The notes under the pieces are model-generated. The model did not search any database. It was not told the origin of the DNA and saw nothing but the letters and a program-made list of their open reading frames with translations. Of a stretch of DNA of 64,000 bases, positions 51,849 through 63,615 are shown piece by piece. How positions within the stretch are numbered: position 1 is the first letter of the stretch; the number at the start of each line of letters is the position of its first letter. Source of the DNA: Cycas panzhihuaensis (Eukaryota; Plantae; Cycadophyta); the NCBI GenBank assembly GCA_023213395.1, contig CM041465.1:219115741-219179740 (forward strand). Direction: 5' to 3'. A program made the position numbers and the translations under genes.

Positions 51849-51861
51849 AAGGGGGAGGAAT
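51849..51861 (+). promoter_or_regulatory. Polypurine tract (AAGGGGGAGGAAT)
   Basis: Abuts the 3' LTR. Confidence 0.9.
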
Positions 51862-52107
51862 TGCTATGAACCCTCTTTAAGGTTAATCAATTATTTATTA
51901 ATGAAAAGACACCTTTTGAAGAGTTATGATCTTTTATTGAAAGGGCCTATTATGCACCTATAAATAAAGGCCTCTATTGTATTATACATCATCATTTTAT
52001 CTTATCAATCAAATATTTGGTCTATTGACTATAACTTACCTCAGTATTCTGGTGTGCTCTCTTGCTTGTTTGGGTTTGTCTTCAAGTTACAAACTGCGTT
52101 CATAACA
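51862..52107 (+). repeat. 3' LTR of the non-autonomous element
   Basis: TGCTATGAACCC...TTCATAACA followed by TSD TCATC. Confidence 0.95.
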
Positions 52108-52726
52108 TCATCTCCCTCACTTATTTTTAAGACCACTGAGTAGGATCTCCCTAGAGTCAAATTTAGGTTATGGTTATGAGTTTTCTCCATCTTAATACAT
52201 AGTTGTTGAAATCACCACATGACTTACAAAAAATCATAAAGCATAAAATATCAAAAAAAGACTCATCCACTGACCTTCAGAGGATGTCTCTGACCTAGTA
52301 ATATGAGCCTTCATACAGTAGGGTACCTCACCAAGTCCCAATGACTATTTTGCTTCCATTGCCCTCTAGCTTGGTCTTTAGGCCATTCTCCTTATGATAC
52401 AGACTCCAACACTGATACGATCTTGCCCTCAGCTCTAGGCTCCAACATTTGAGGTTCTTCTCTTTTCATGATGCCTCTTTATGCCATCTCTATCTAAGAC
52501 CACTGATGTTACCAGTGTTCACTTCGATTTTGTGGTCCTACCACCATTTCAAGGCAGAAGATTTATCACCATGCTCACCATTATTTTGTTTGGGAAGATC
52601 CAGTCCCAATCCCCACCCCCTGGGGCTCTTATACCCCTTATTCCTTGATCCATAACGTGCTACCATCGCCTCACGTAGGAACCCTAGTTAGTAGTCTCCT
52701 CGGTGTTTTGATCTATCATTTATAAT

Positions 52727-53751
52727 ATGACCATAGAAAGAATGTTGGATTTCACTTTCTTTATTCTAAATAACAAAATCTTTTACATATGAAATAACAT
52801 GAATGGAAACCAACTTATAAAGACTTTCAATTTCTATCCCTCTTGTAATGGCTTGACCCCCTTTCTTTATATCTAGAATATAACACTTTCTACTTTTATG
52901 AAAAATCACATAAAGGTTCTTCTTTCTCAATTGTGATATTGAAAGAAGATTCTTCTTTAATTCTAGCACAAATAATACATTTCTAATGTTTTAAATTTCT
53001 TTCCTAATCTAGATTGATATGGTTCCTTTACCTTTGAATTTTAGAGGATAGTTATCCCCTAATTCAATAGTCTTGTTTGTTTGGTATGGTTACAAGGACT
53101 CAAACTATTCCTTTCTACTTATCATATGGTTCGAAGCATAAGAATCAATAAGCCAATTCTCATTATACTTGATAGAGGATACTAAGACAATAATGAAGGC
53201 AATCTCTTCTTCATTATCACCTTTTGGTTGTTCTTTATTGTAGTTTCCCTCAATTCATTTCCCTTTAGAGATGTCAAATTTTTTGTAAAAATAATTATTT
53301 GAAAGATGACCATGCCTTCCATAGTAGTAACATGGATGGCTTTGTATTATTCTACATTCTATTATAATATAGACAATTCTTCCACAGTGGTATCATATCT
53401 AAGTATTAGGTTATTTGCCTCTTCTTATTCCTTTGAAGAATCTCCCTTTGCTACCTCTTATTTTGATTGATCTCCCCCTTATGCTTCATCCTCCTCATTC
53501 ATTAATTTTAAGCCTTTAGAAAAAGGCTTCTTTAACATCTGCTTCTTTATTGTACCTACATGTTCTTTATTCTTATTGAAGCAAATAGTTGCACAAGGTA
53601 TAAAAAGATATGTTTTAGGTTTTATTTCCTTTTTAGTGACTAACTCCCATGTATTCTTTGAAATCAGAAGTCCCTTCATTTTAATTTTTCATGCTAGGTA
53701 ATTTATTCCTATCAGCTTATCTAACTCACCTAGATAATAAATTAAGGCCAT
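52727..53751 (-). pseudogene. Copia-2 gag/protease part, internally deleted
   Basis: KLIGINYLA*KIKMKGLLISKNTWE (gag start), two zinc-knuckle remnants at ~53290-53400, WLIDSYASNHM (protease), LKKNLLSISQL. Confidence 0.88.
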
Positions 53752-54449
53752 TTTGATATTTTTGAAGGTAAGAACTATGACTAAAGCATATGAGATGATT
53801 ATTACAAGTCTATTTTATACAACTATATGGATGTATGGTTAAAGTATAAGTAAATTAATTTTTATAAATCTCCTCTAGATCATAGGTAATCAAGTCATAA
53901 ATAGGGATATGAAGCCAACTTTTTAATTGAGGTTCTAGACGAGAAAAAATAACTCTTCAAATATAAAGGGTCGGTTAGGGGTTGAAACATGTTTTTACTT
54001 ATTTCTCATAAAATCTTATATCAAACTTTATAAACTTATATTCAGTAGAGAGTTTATGACTAGAGGATCATTTTAAATCCACTTATATGACCTGAGACTA
54101 AGAAATCTAGAAGAAATATACTCTAGAGGCTCTAAATTTATGGGACTAACTTTCTCTATTTTCCTACTTATCAAGGTCAAATCTATAAAAATATCTTTGG
54201 GATAGAAAAATGTACTCAATGAGACATCCTTACTATGAAAATTTCACTTTAATCTAATCACTTTGAAATATGACCATACAAATCCATGCAGGTTTATACA
54301 ACATTGCATGACCTTGTCTTGTACTTGATTTTTGTTCTTCATTCTTTTAGATTTTTGCTTCTTATCTCTTCTTATGACTTCTTTAATTTATTATACCTTC
54401 ATAGTCTTGAGTTATTATCACTTAGTCTATTAAACCCACTCATATGCCA

Positions 54450-54682
54450 TGCTAAAAAATAGACTAAATGGAGTTTTAAATAAATGAAATTAAATTCTTC
54501 ATTGATTTAATGAGAGGGATGTTCCCTCATTCATACAAGTAATCTTATATAATTGATTTATACATAAACAATAAGTATCTATCATGAGTGACAAGTGTTT
54601 GCTTAATATGAGGAGGGTAATGACACATAACCTTTTGGCTTCATAAAATACAACCTTAGGATAAAATGTTAATATCCTAATA
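54450..54682 (-). repeat. Copia-2 5' LTR
   Basis: Partner of 40533-40754; followed by TSD GGTTG. Confidence 0.92.
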
Positions 54683-57600
54683 GGTTGAACCCTGGGAGCT
54701 AGAAGGATCTCAAGACCAAAGTATCTCTAGTTGTTAAGGGATGATGATAAAATGAACAATAAGCTTTAGGAGAATAGTTGAGAGGTATCAGAAACCATCC
54801 TAGAATGAGAGTATAAGTGGCTAAATAAGCAAAGGTGGAATGTCTATAAGTCTACCAAGATAACTATAAGATCATAAGAAGAAGAAGCTAATCAATCTCA
54901 AAAGCCATTGGTGAAAGACTTAAAAGTAGGATATCTCACATAGTAGGAGAAGTTGACCATTTAGACTTATATCTAGATATTATATTAGTAATCAAAGATA
55001 TGGACCCCTTTCCCTCTTAAGTGTGTAACTTAAGAAGGAAGAGTGAGAGATTTTAGCAAGATAAATTTCTTTAATTAAAGCAAATGAGGTGTATATGTAT
55101 TTGCCTAGTAAATATTGCTCATGTCTCATAGTTAGATAATAATCTTACATGATCACTAGGAGTGATATTTATATGCAAGAAAGCATTAAGCTTAATTAAG
55201 GAAATGAAATAGTAAAAGAGAAGTCTTAAATCTATGTTAAAGTGATATTTAAAAAGAGAAAATTTGGGAAATTAGCTATAGTTTAAGCTCATTAGATGGT
55301 ATTGCTTTCAGAGTCATAGCTGTAGTGTTGTTATGGAGGGATATTTTGTGTTTTGGTTGTTTCTTTAAATGGGAAAAGAGGAACTCAAGAGAAATAAACA
55401 TAAGGGAGATGTGAGCCTCATGTTCTTATGTTTAGGAAAGAGCAACTATGAAAAATTATATAAGCACCATCTCCAATAGGCCAAGGTTAGTTAGTTTGTC
55501 TAGTAGCCAAATCTACTTAGGAAAGTAACTAATGTTGATCCATTATAAATGGAAACCAAACCGTATATTACTTTCAGTTAAAAGAAGTAGGATAAATCTT
55601 AGAAAAACACACCTAAAAGAGGTTGTAGGAATACCTATCAATATTAGGAGAGGCCCAATTGAATAATGTTCATACAATGCCTCTCACAGGAAGACTAGCC
55701 TTCTACTAAATAAATCCAAAAACCTATTTCACAAGTGATGAATCCCCAAGGCATGTTAAATTCTCCCTTGGATACTTTTGAGTAAAGATTCACATGGAGC
55801 TAATACCCTACCAAGGCCCTCCTTAGCCTAAGATTCTCATTAGGGTGTATCTTTCTAGTTACTATTTTCTATTCTCTAGTATGCCAAGTTTTAAATCAAT
55901 ACCATGTTTATTTAGAGTTTTCTAATTCTCATGCCTTTAGAAAGAAATAAGGTCACTGCCTTCCCGAGTATGGAACTTAGGAGGAAAGAGTGGAAGATAA
56001 GGAGTCATAAGTAAAATGAGATTATTTTAAATATATTAATTAGAACCTATAAATACATATTTAATTATTAATAGATACACCATATAATATGGAAATAGTC
56101 ATATACCATTGTTGGTAGTCATATTAATACATGGGATGACATAAGGCTTAATAAGAGATAAATAGGCCAACTATAGTTTAGGCTCATTAGAAGGTAGAAG
56201 ATTTATATCCATAGTTTATACTCATTACAAAGGATTGATCTATCTTATAGGATAGGAGAGACTACCATTATTTAAGCTCTTTAGTATATGGGTTTCTCAG
56301 AGCCATAGTTTACACTCATTACAGAGTATATATATGCTCCTATTTAAAGTGTATAACTTTCATAAAAACTATGAATTAATAGGCTTTTAGAGCTCAAGGT
56401 TGTCAAGGATAGAAATATTATATGCACCATTCTTAAGATCTTTAATGAAAAGATAAGATTTTACCCATTTGGGGAAAATTTTTATTATTTGTCATGAAGA
56501 TATTTGACCTTGAATACCTTATCACTAGCACAAAATATATGAGCTCTCAACTACCTATCATGAGTTGCTTAAGCTTTGGTTTTACAAGCCAAATTATTTT
56601 GAAGGGTAGTCAAGTACATCTAATCTACTTTTTCTAATTTCAATAAGTGTGCTTCTCTTTATCATTTTTTATTAGTGAAGTATTTCAAGGAAATATATAA
56701 AGATAATATTTCTACCTCAAGGGGTAGAATGGCTTTATAGCCATAGACTAAACAAAATGATATCATCTTAATTACATTCTTGATAAAGGTTGGTTCTACA
56801 TCTTAGGGCCACCCACCTATTAGATCTATATGAAATTAAACTAATGGTGATATGTCTCAAGGATGGACCTTTCAACCAACCTCTATGAAGAGGTCTCTTT
56901 ACTTGTATGCTTAAATAAAAATAAGTAAATTATATTAACTTATAAATTAAACCACTTCACACATGCATTATAAAATCAAGTAAAAACCAGATCAAGTACA
57001 ATCGCTCAAATCAATTAAACAAGTAAAAAAAAAGCCTACTCAACTTTAAGGAGGTCACAAGAAACCTTCCAATAAGTGAATGAATTGTTGGGGGTTGTTA
57101 CCCTAAAGTAAATACTCTAGGCTTCCTTATTTCTATCTCAAAAGCCCTTCTATGGATAAAATTCTAACCTAGACCTCTATTCTCATCCAAAACGGGGTAA
57201 TCTACATTACATTAGCTATAGATCAAGAGGATAAATGAGTATGAGGACCCAACAAAGCTCAAACCTTGTATTAATAATCTTATTATGGGCCAACCACTAG
57301 GCACTCCCTCACCTGGTGATGATCTATCTATAATGATGAATAGCTCAAGAATGCTTGCATTTGATTCTGATAAGTTTACATACTTAGAGATGAAGGTAGA
57401 AAGAGGAAGTTACTCTTAACTTAAAGGATAATGGCAAGCCACTCCCTTTAATATTTAAAACATGACCAGAGAAAAAAAGCGTCAAAGAAGAAGTAGTTTA
57501 TACACTAGAGATATCAAGTCTTAATCGATCAAAAGATACCTAATGATGAGAAGTATTTATTCATAGGAGAGAACAAGCTTATACACTAAGGATGCCAAGT

Positions 57601-60600
57601 TGTGAGTTATCAAGAAAGTCCTAAACAAAGGGATAGATTCTATCTTAGAGGGACCAAACAATAGTAATCCACACCTACATGTAACACTAGCATATAACTT
57701 GAGATTGAATATAAACAATAATCATACATGCAATATAATAATCAAATCATGTGTAAATGGATGTAATTCCTTTCCTTTCTTTTATTGGTATTCCTTAAAT
57801 AGATTATAAAATAAAGTAACTAAACACACAAGCAAAAAATAATTCCAAGTTTTATTATTATATATATAGTTATCTATATTACTACTCTTTCACTTCTTTT
57901 TCAAAATTTTATGACCTACTTGGTAGAAAATGAAAGAATATAATAATCTAAGAAACATGCAAGTATAAATTTTGCTTCTAAATCAACATTCACTTCCTAT
58001 CTTTCCTTTCTTATGAGTAAATAAGAAAGAGAGGTCAATCAACAACTCAATAAGTAATGTAAGTAAAAGCTCATTCTTTTTCCTTTTCCTTTTTCTTTGT
58101 TTATGTAAACTTAAGGACCAAAAAGAAAGCTTCAAGGATGAGGATAAGGTAATCACCTTGTAATGGAGCTATGAAGCAATAGATTCACCCTCTTTTGTTT
58201 ACCACCACTTTAAAATAAAACCAATTGATCACATAAGCAATAACATTGATATTGAAATCATCACATTTGAAAGAAATTTTTAGATATAACCTTAGAAATG
58301 TATTAAAATTTTGGTAGTATTTATGTTTCACATGAGGAATTTTGATAGTAAATGAATGTCATGAGTTGTCCAAAACTCTATGGAAGAGAGTTAGGCACTC
58401 AACTAATCAAAAGTCACTTTTCTTACCATTTATCTCTTTATAAAAAATTGGCTTGATTTGTTTAATCCTTTGTTCGAACCAACTCCTTTGCAAATTATGA
58501 ATAAGAATAAGAAAATGAGTTAAAAAAATGATGTAGCTTGATGGTAATAAATATTATAGATTAAAATGGGTTCAATCCCTCAAAATAACACGTTTTAATA
58601 CTTCTAATAATGTGGGAATGATATGGAGATCAAAACTAGTTTGATCCCCAAATCGTATCACTCATTGGACAAAAGAAATAATCAAACCTTGATAAAAAAT
58701 AATAGAAGTTATAATAAAAAACTCTTTTCTTTTTTTTTCTTAAATTAAGCCAAAGCAAACTACTTTAATTGACAAAATAAACACTAAATTGCATAGAAAG
58801 ATACTTCAAACTTGATAAAAATGTGTAATGTGCCTTAGATCAACACTATATTCTTGTCCAACATGTTGTAAAAAGCTTTAAGCGTGATGAGAATGATAAA
58901 CTTGATAGTAGTAGATGTTGTGGGAGAGAAGATAGTTCCTAAAAGACCAATGGAAATTGAAAGAAGGGACACTAGTAGGAGGGTGGGAAAGTAAATATAA
59001 GAATTGAGAAATAACCAATCCAAAGATGGACCTCCAATCTTTCCAATAAATCTCATAAAATTCCAAGAAGGCGACCTCTAATGCACTTCAAATAACAACA
59101 AATCATTAGTAAAGAATACTAGCAAAATGTTTGTAGCACTTCATTGCCCCAAAGGCTCTCTCCTTTTCCCTATAAAAATGCATAGGGATTTATAGAAAAA
59201 TAGAGGGAGGAGGATGAATGGAAAAATCATGGTTTATTCCCATGGTTTAGTTATCTTTTCTCAATCAAATCTTTCATGAAGGAAGTTAAGATAATCATGG
59301 GTTAGTTAGGGCATATGGGATGAAGCTAGGTTATGAATCTAGGTAGAAATTAGATGAAATTAGGTGAGAAAACTATGTTCTATTTCTTGATTCATAAATA
59401 TGATAACTAAAAATATAATAAATAACTAAAAATATGATAATACAAATAAAATGTTAAATGTGAATGGTTATCACATTTTATTTATAATGTTACATTTTTG
59501 GTGTTGCCAAAAATATGATAATGTAGCAAGGCCAAGAAAGACAAAAACAAAAAGTAGAAATCAATAAAACAAACTTGATGGGCCCTATGAAAGTATTATT
59601 GTCTTTAATAAAGAGTAGATTATAGCAAGAAAATGTCAAAAAGTGGTAGAAATAAGACTAAAATTGATTGCAATGCTTGATAGTATTAAAAAAGGAAATG
59701 ATAAAATAGGGAAGATTTAGAGTAATTTATGAACCATGTTAAATAGGAGCATTAAATCACATCATAGGATCAATCATCAATAAATAAAGATCATCATAAT
59801 AATATATATTTGATCATCCAATTAGCTATCCTTTAGTTTTATGACTTAGAACATAGCGATGCATGCTTAACAGTATCCTAACTAAAGCTTTTATAGTCAA
59901 ACAATCAACCAAAGTAGATCCAATAACTAAAATGCTAACCAAATGATATCCATTGAATAGATAGAAACCATAACTAATAAGTGTCTTGAGTAAACAAATT
60001 AAAACATGAACCTAACTATTCCAAAAATGGTTGATTATAGTAAAACATTTATCCCTTTATCACCAGAAGTTCTTGCTAGTGATGGAGAGCAAGATGGTAA
60101 ATGGTGGTAACTTAGATTATAAGACTAAATGAGGTTTTAACTTGAATGTCTTAAATTTATTTCCTAAGTCATAAGCAAAGGACAAATTAGATGATGAGTT
60201 TCTAACATGTAAAAATGATGAAGAAAGTTCCATTATAATGGAACATGGGTGACTTGAGAAAGCCCATAATGTAGTCACCTTTCAAACATAAACTTAATAC
60301 TAGATTGCCCATCATGTTGATGGGGATTTCAAAGTGATGGTTGTTATAGTTTAGCCTCTTTAACACATATTTTTAGAAGTGTGGATACCATATCTTAACC
60401 TTATTAGTAATTATTTAGAGGAGCTTAAAATCAAAGCAGAGCCAGGGGCCAAAATGAATGTGGAATTCGAAATGTGAATGAGAAATTAACTTTATGGAGT
60501 ATAAACATGGATAGGTTAAGTGAAGTCCACCTCTAGGCCCAATTTTGAATCTATCTCAACATAATTACCCCATTAAAAGAGAGGGGAAATATGGAAGAAA

Positions 60601-61199
60601 GGGCATTAAAAAATGCAACATGAATCTTTAGGAAATGCTAGAATATATAAGTTTATACATGTGATGAAATTGCTCAAAAAATGAGGCCAGATGGGACCTA
60701 GTTATCATTAAGGGAGGGTTATTTTATAAGGAAAATTGGTTCTATTATGATTCATTTTCATGTGTAAGAGATAGAATCCATAGCCCTTTTTCATTATTGA
60801 AGCTATGACTATAGATATTTAGAGTGTTATTTGGATGATCAAAGACCTTCATCAAACTTAAGAAACTAGGATGCATCAAGGGTTACAGTATCCTATAAGT
60901 CTTCCATTAATTTTTTTTTTCCCCCTTATTCCAAAAATATGAACTGCCTATTAAAAATATAAGATACCAGTAAAAAATATACAAATAAAAAATAGGTAAT
61001 TTATAAAATTACATTTTTAGCTACTTTATCATAAGTTTAACTAGTTTTTCATGTTTTTAGTTGTGTTATCATGTTTGTTATTATATTTTTGGATAAACTA
61101 AGAAAAAAAATAAGCAGTTTGTCTAATTTAAGCTTTTCCTACTTCATAAGATTGATTTCAAGTTGTATATTATGTTTGATAGCCTATTAAGAGAATCAA

Positions 61200-62290
61200 C
61201 ATATGGGAGAATGAAGGATGAACCATTGAGTCATTTCTTAGAGCATGAATGACTACTAAGTGGTAGCATTTAAGGTAGTGCAGATTATCTAGGGCTAATT
61301 ACTCCATCTAATTAGTGATGGAGTATGAGGTGCTAGAGGATTTTATTAGTTTATGGGTCCCTAGAGGGTAAATATTCAAAGTACCATAGATAGAGAACAT
61401 TGGGATGATTGTTATGGATGTTAAGAGGATTTTGGTAGTGAGCTAGTGAGGTGTAAATATCTAGTTGAATTATGTAGTAGAGGAGGAAGCTCAATAGGCT
61501 AGCATTATATATCTAAATAGGTTAACTAGATATTTCAAAGTTCATAGGATCTCCCTTGAGGCAATGAGGGATTTGGATGGGATTTTAACACTTCAAAATG
61601 CATTGAATTACATTATCATTTTTTGTCTTGCCATGATATAAAACTTCATAGGTGTATCAACTGAGTAGGTAAGCATCATTCGACAATGTGAGATAGGCAC
61701 CTAGATGGATTAAGAATCTTTTATTATTGATAGTATACCTTAGTAGTTGTCCCACATTCCCTTGATGAGACCAAGAAGAAAGCCAAGAGGTCTAAATATC
61801 ATAGATCTTATGATGAATAGTTGGTAACATGCAATAGTTGGTGCATGGTAAATAAAAGATAGTGCTAAGGAGGATACAAAATCCTCATCTTAGTAGGATG
61901 GAAAGAAACCAATTGGCTCTTAACTTGTATGACAAGATGATGGCATAATATGATGATGAGTCTGATGCATTAGAGAAAGTTACAATAGGGGGACCCCCAA
62001 CTCCACATAAGGGTAGAGGAGTAGGGGCAACAGGTGGCATGGTAGTATATAATACCTATGGAGTAGGTGGTGTTATACCAACATAGAGAGTGATCTATCC
62101 TAGATAGGCAAGAGATAGTGATAGAGGAGAGGTGAGTAGGTAGATGGATAGGTAGAGGTATTGGTAGTGGTAGTAGGATCTAACCCACTCGATGATGACA
62201 TGGAGATAGACCTAAAAGGAGGTCCAAAGGTTATAATACAAGAGCAGGGAGTGGTAGGGTTTCTTAAGCTAGTAGTTAATGTGGTTTCAC
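61200..62290 (+). pseudogene. PMD-like ORF remnant, segment C2
   Basis: LEDFISLWVPRG*IFKVP*IENIGMIVMDVKRILVV. The tail NPLDDDMEIDLKGGPKVII is conserved with C1 (DPLNDDMEINPKGSLKAIV). Confidence 0.55.
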
Positions 62291-63045
62291 CATCTCTAAA
62301 TAGTATATATATAGTTGATTATTTGTGCTTAGATGGTATTTAATATTCCTACACTCCTTTAATAACTCTTTACTTTTGATTGTCTTAACATGTTTTAAGA
62401 AGAAATAATTGACTATTGTATGATTATATGATAGGTGATGAGATGATTAGCGTCTTATTGATGAGGAGTACTTTTGATACCTTATTGTTATTTATGTACA
62501 ACCTAGGTGAGCTTCCAATCTCATAAGAGGGAGATCCCAAGCTACTAGGTCCTCACACTTAGTATTTATCACCTAATATATAAGCTTGGGATATGCATCA
62601 AGATCTAGAGGCATGGTTAGAAATATGAGAAGAATAGTTAAAGGTAATAGAGGACTAAAGGCAATACCTTTATAGAATGACCATCTTATAGGCAAGTGGA
62701 CATGTGACCCCTTTAGTTAGCCAGAGTGTGGAGTAGGGCAGACATGGCCCTCACAAGAGGGAGAGATATCATACCTAATCCTATTTCTAAAAATATGATA
62801 AAGTAGTTCTCAATGACCATCATAGGGATGATTCTTGACATGGAGAAGGAGGTTTGAGGGTGGGCTAAAAGGGTGGTATTCATCATTCTTTTCCTATAAA
62901 TGTGCAGAACATGATTGTCTTTAACTTTTCTTTCCCCATGTCCCCCCTATGGGAAACAAACATGAATGAACCTAGATCTATATGTATGATTTTTATGTTT
63001 TGAATGTTTTTATTTTTTATTTTTTTTAAGGATGTTATTTACACC

Positions 63046-63190
63046 TTAGTTTATACTCATCACAGAGTGTTTAATTAGTCTATACTCATTATAGAGTGTT
63101 TAATTAGTTTATACTCATTATAGAGTGTGTGGTTAGCTTATACTCATTATGAAGTATTTAGTTAATTTATGCTCATTACAAAGTGTTGTA
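63046..63190. repeat. 29-bp tandem array, 5 copies
   Basis: Same unit as 39279-39391. Confidence 0.9.
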
Positions 63191-63210
63191 CCCAACTTAG
63201 AATGATAAGG

Positions 63211-63615
63211 CTAGAAGTGATGGTGCTCCAAAATATAAGAGACTAGAGAGTCATCATTAATATTTTGACTATGTGAGATGTTCTAGATAGTAATAGAGGA
63301 GAACTAAGACAACAATGTTAAAGCTTAAGCATGAAAGGAGCATAAATATAGTGAATGAACATGATAAGCACCAATAAGTTAAAAGAATATGACTTGGGAT
63401 TAGAAAAGAGATTAATCGGTCCATCATGGGATGGTAAGATATTAATTAAGACTCTTATGATAATAATATACTTGCTTTTAACTATTGGTTGCTTGAGGTA
63501 GGAACATGTTAGTGGAAATTAATACAATACCTTCTTGGTCACAAACAGACCATGTAGCAATAGATGGCCCCAAGTTACCTTAACTATCTCAATTAATATG
63601 TATGATCAATGCCAT
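63211..63615 (-). pseudogene. Stand-alone archaeal-type RNase HI ORF, segment C2
   Basis: MALIIHIN*DS*GNLGPSIATW...MFLPQATN...; same 405-bp ATG-to-stop span as C1, with stops and compensating frameshifts. Confidence 0.82.

Larger units (their letters stand above)
48872..52107 (+). mobile_element. Non-autonomous LTR retrotransposon (3.2 kb, TRIM/LARD-like) carrying a captured BRCT gene copy
   Basis: 246-bp LTRs with 13 mismatches (~95%), perfect TSD TCATC (48867-48871 and 52108-52112), canonical PBS, PPT; no gag or pol recognised. Confidence 0.95.
43368..52710 (-). mobile_element. Full-length L1-clade LINE with RNase H, decayed
   Basis: Poly(A) tail (plus-strand T run ~43368-43379), 16-bp TSD ATCTWTCATTTATAAT (43352-43367 and 52711-52726), ORF1 and ORF2. 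Removing it rejoins the Copia-2 pre-integrase motif FYGHIINERLKML. Confidence 0.93.
40533..54682 (-). mobile_element. Ty1/Copia LTR retrotransposon (Copia-2), decayed, interrupted by an L1 LINE
   Basis: LTRs at 40533-40754 and 54450-54682 (about 83% identical), perfect TSD GGTTG (40528-40532 and 54683-54687), degenerate PBS at 54438-54449, PPT at ~40755-40763, Copia domain order. Confidence 0.93.

Noticed and set aside
56710-56730. CTACCTCAAGGGGTAG and AAAGTGGGGCTAA (~32847) as plus-strand PPTs before C2 and C1
   Set aside because: The sequences immediately after them do not match each other, and the orientation conflicts with the minus-strand aRH.
60870-60930. AAGGGTTACA (and ~36950) as an LTR boundary of segment C
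   Set aside because: The purine tract is not adjacent and there is no TSD or PBS support; unresolved.
63046-63190. 29-bp arrays (also 39279-39391) as CRISPR-like repeat-spacer arrays
   Set aside because: The variable parts are ~12 bp and homologous to each other, there are no cas genes, and the context is eukaryotic retroelement. These are ordinary tandem repeats.
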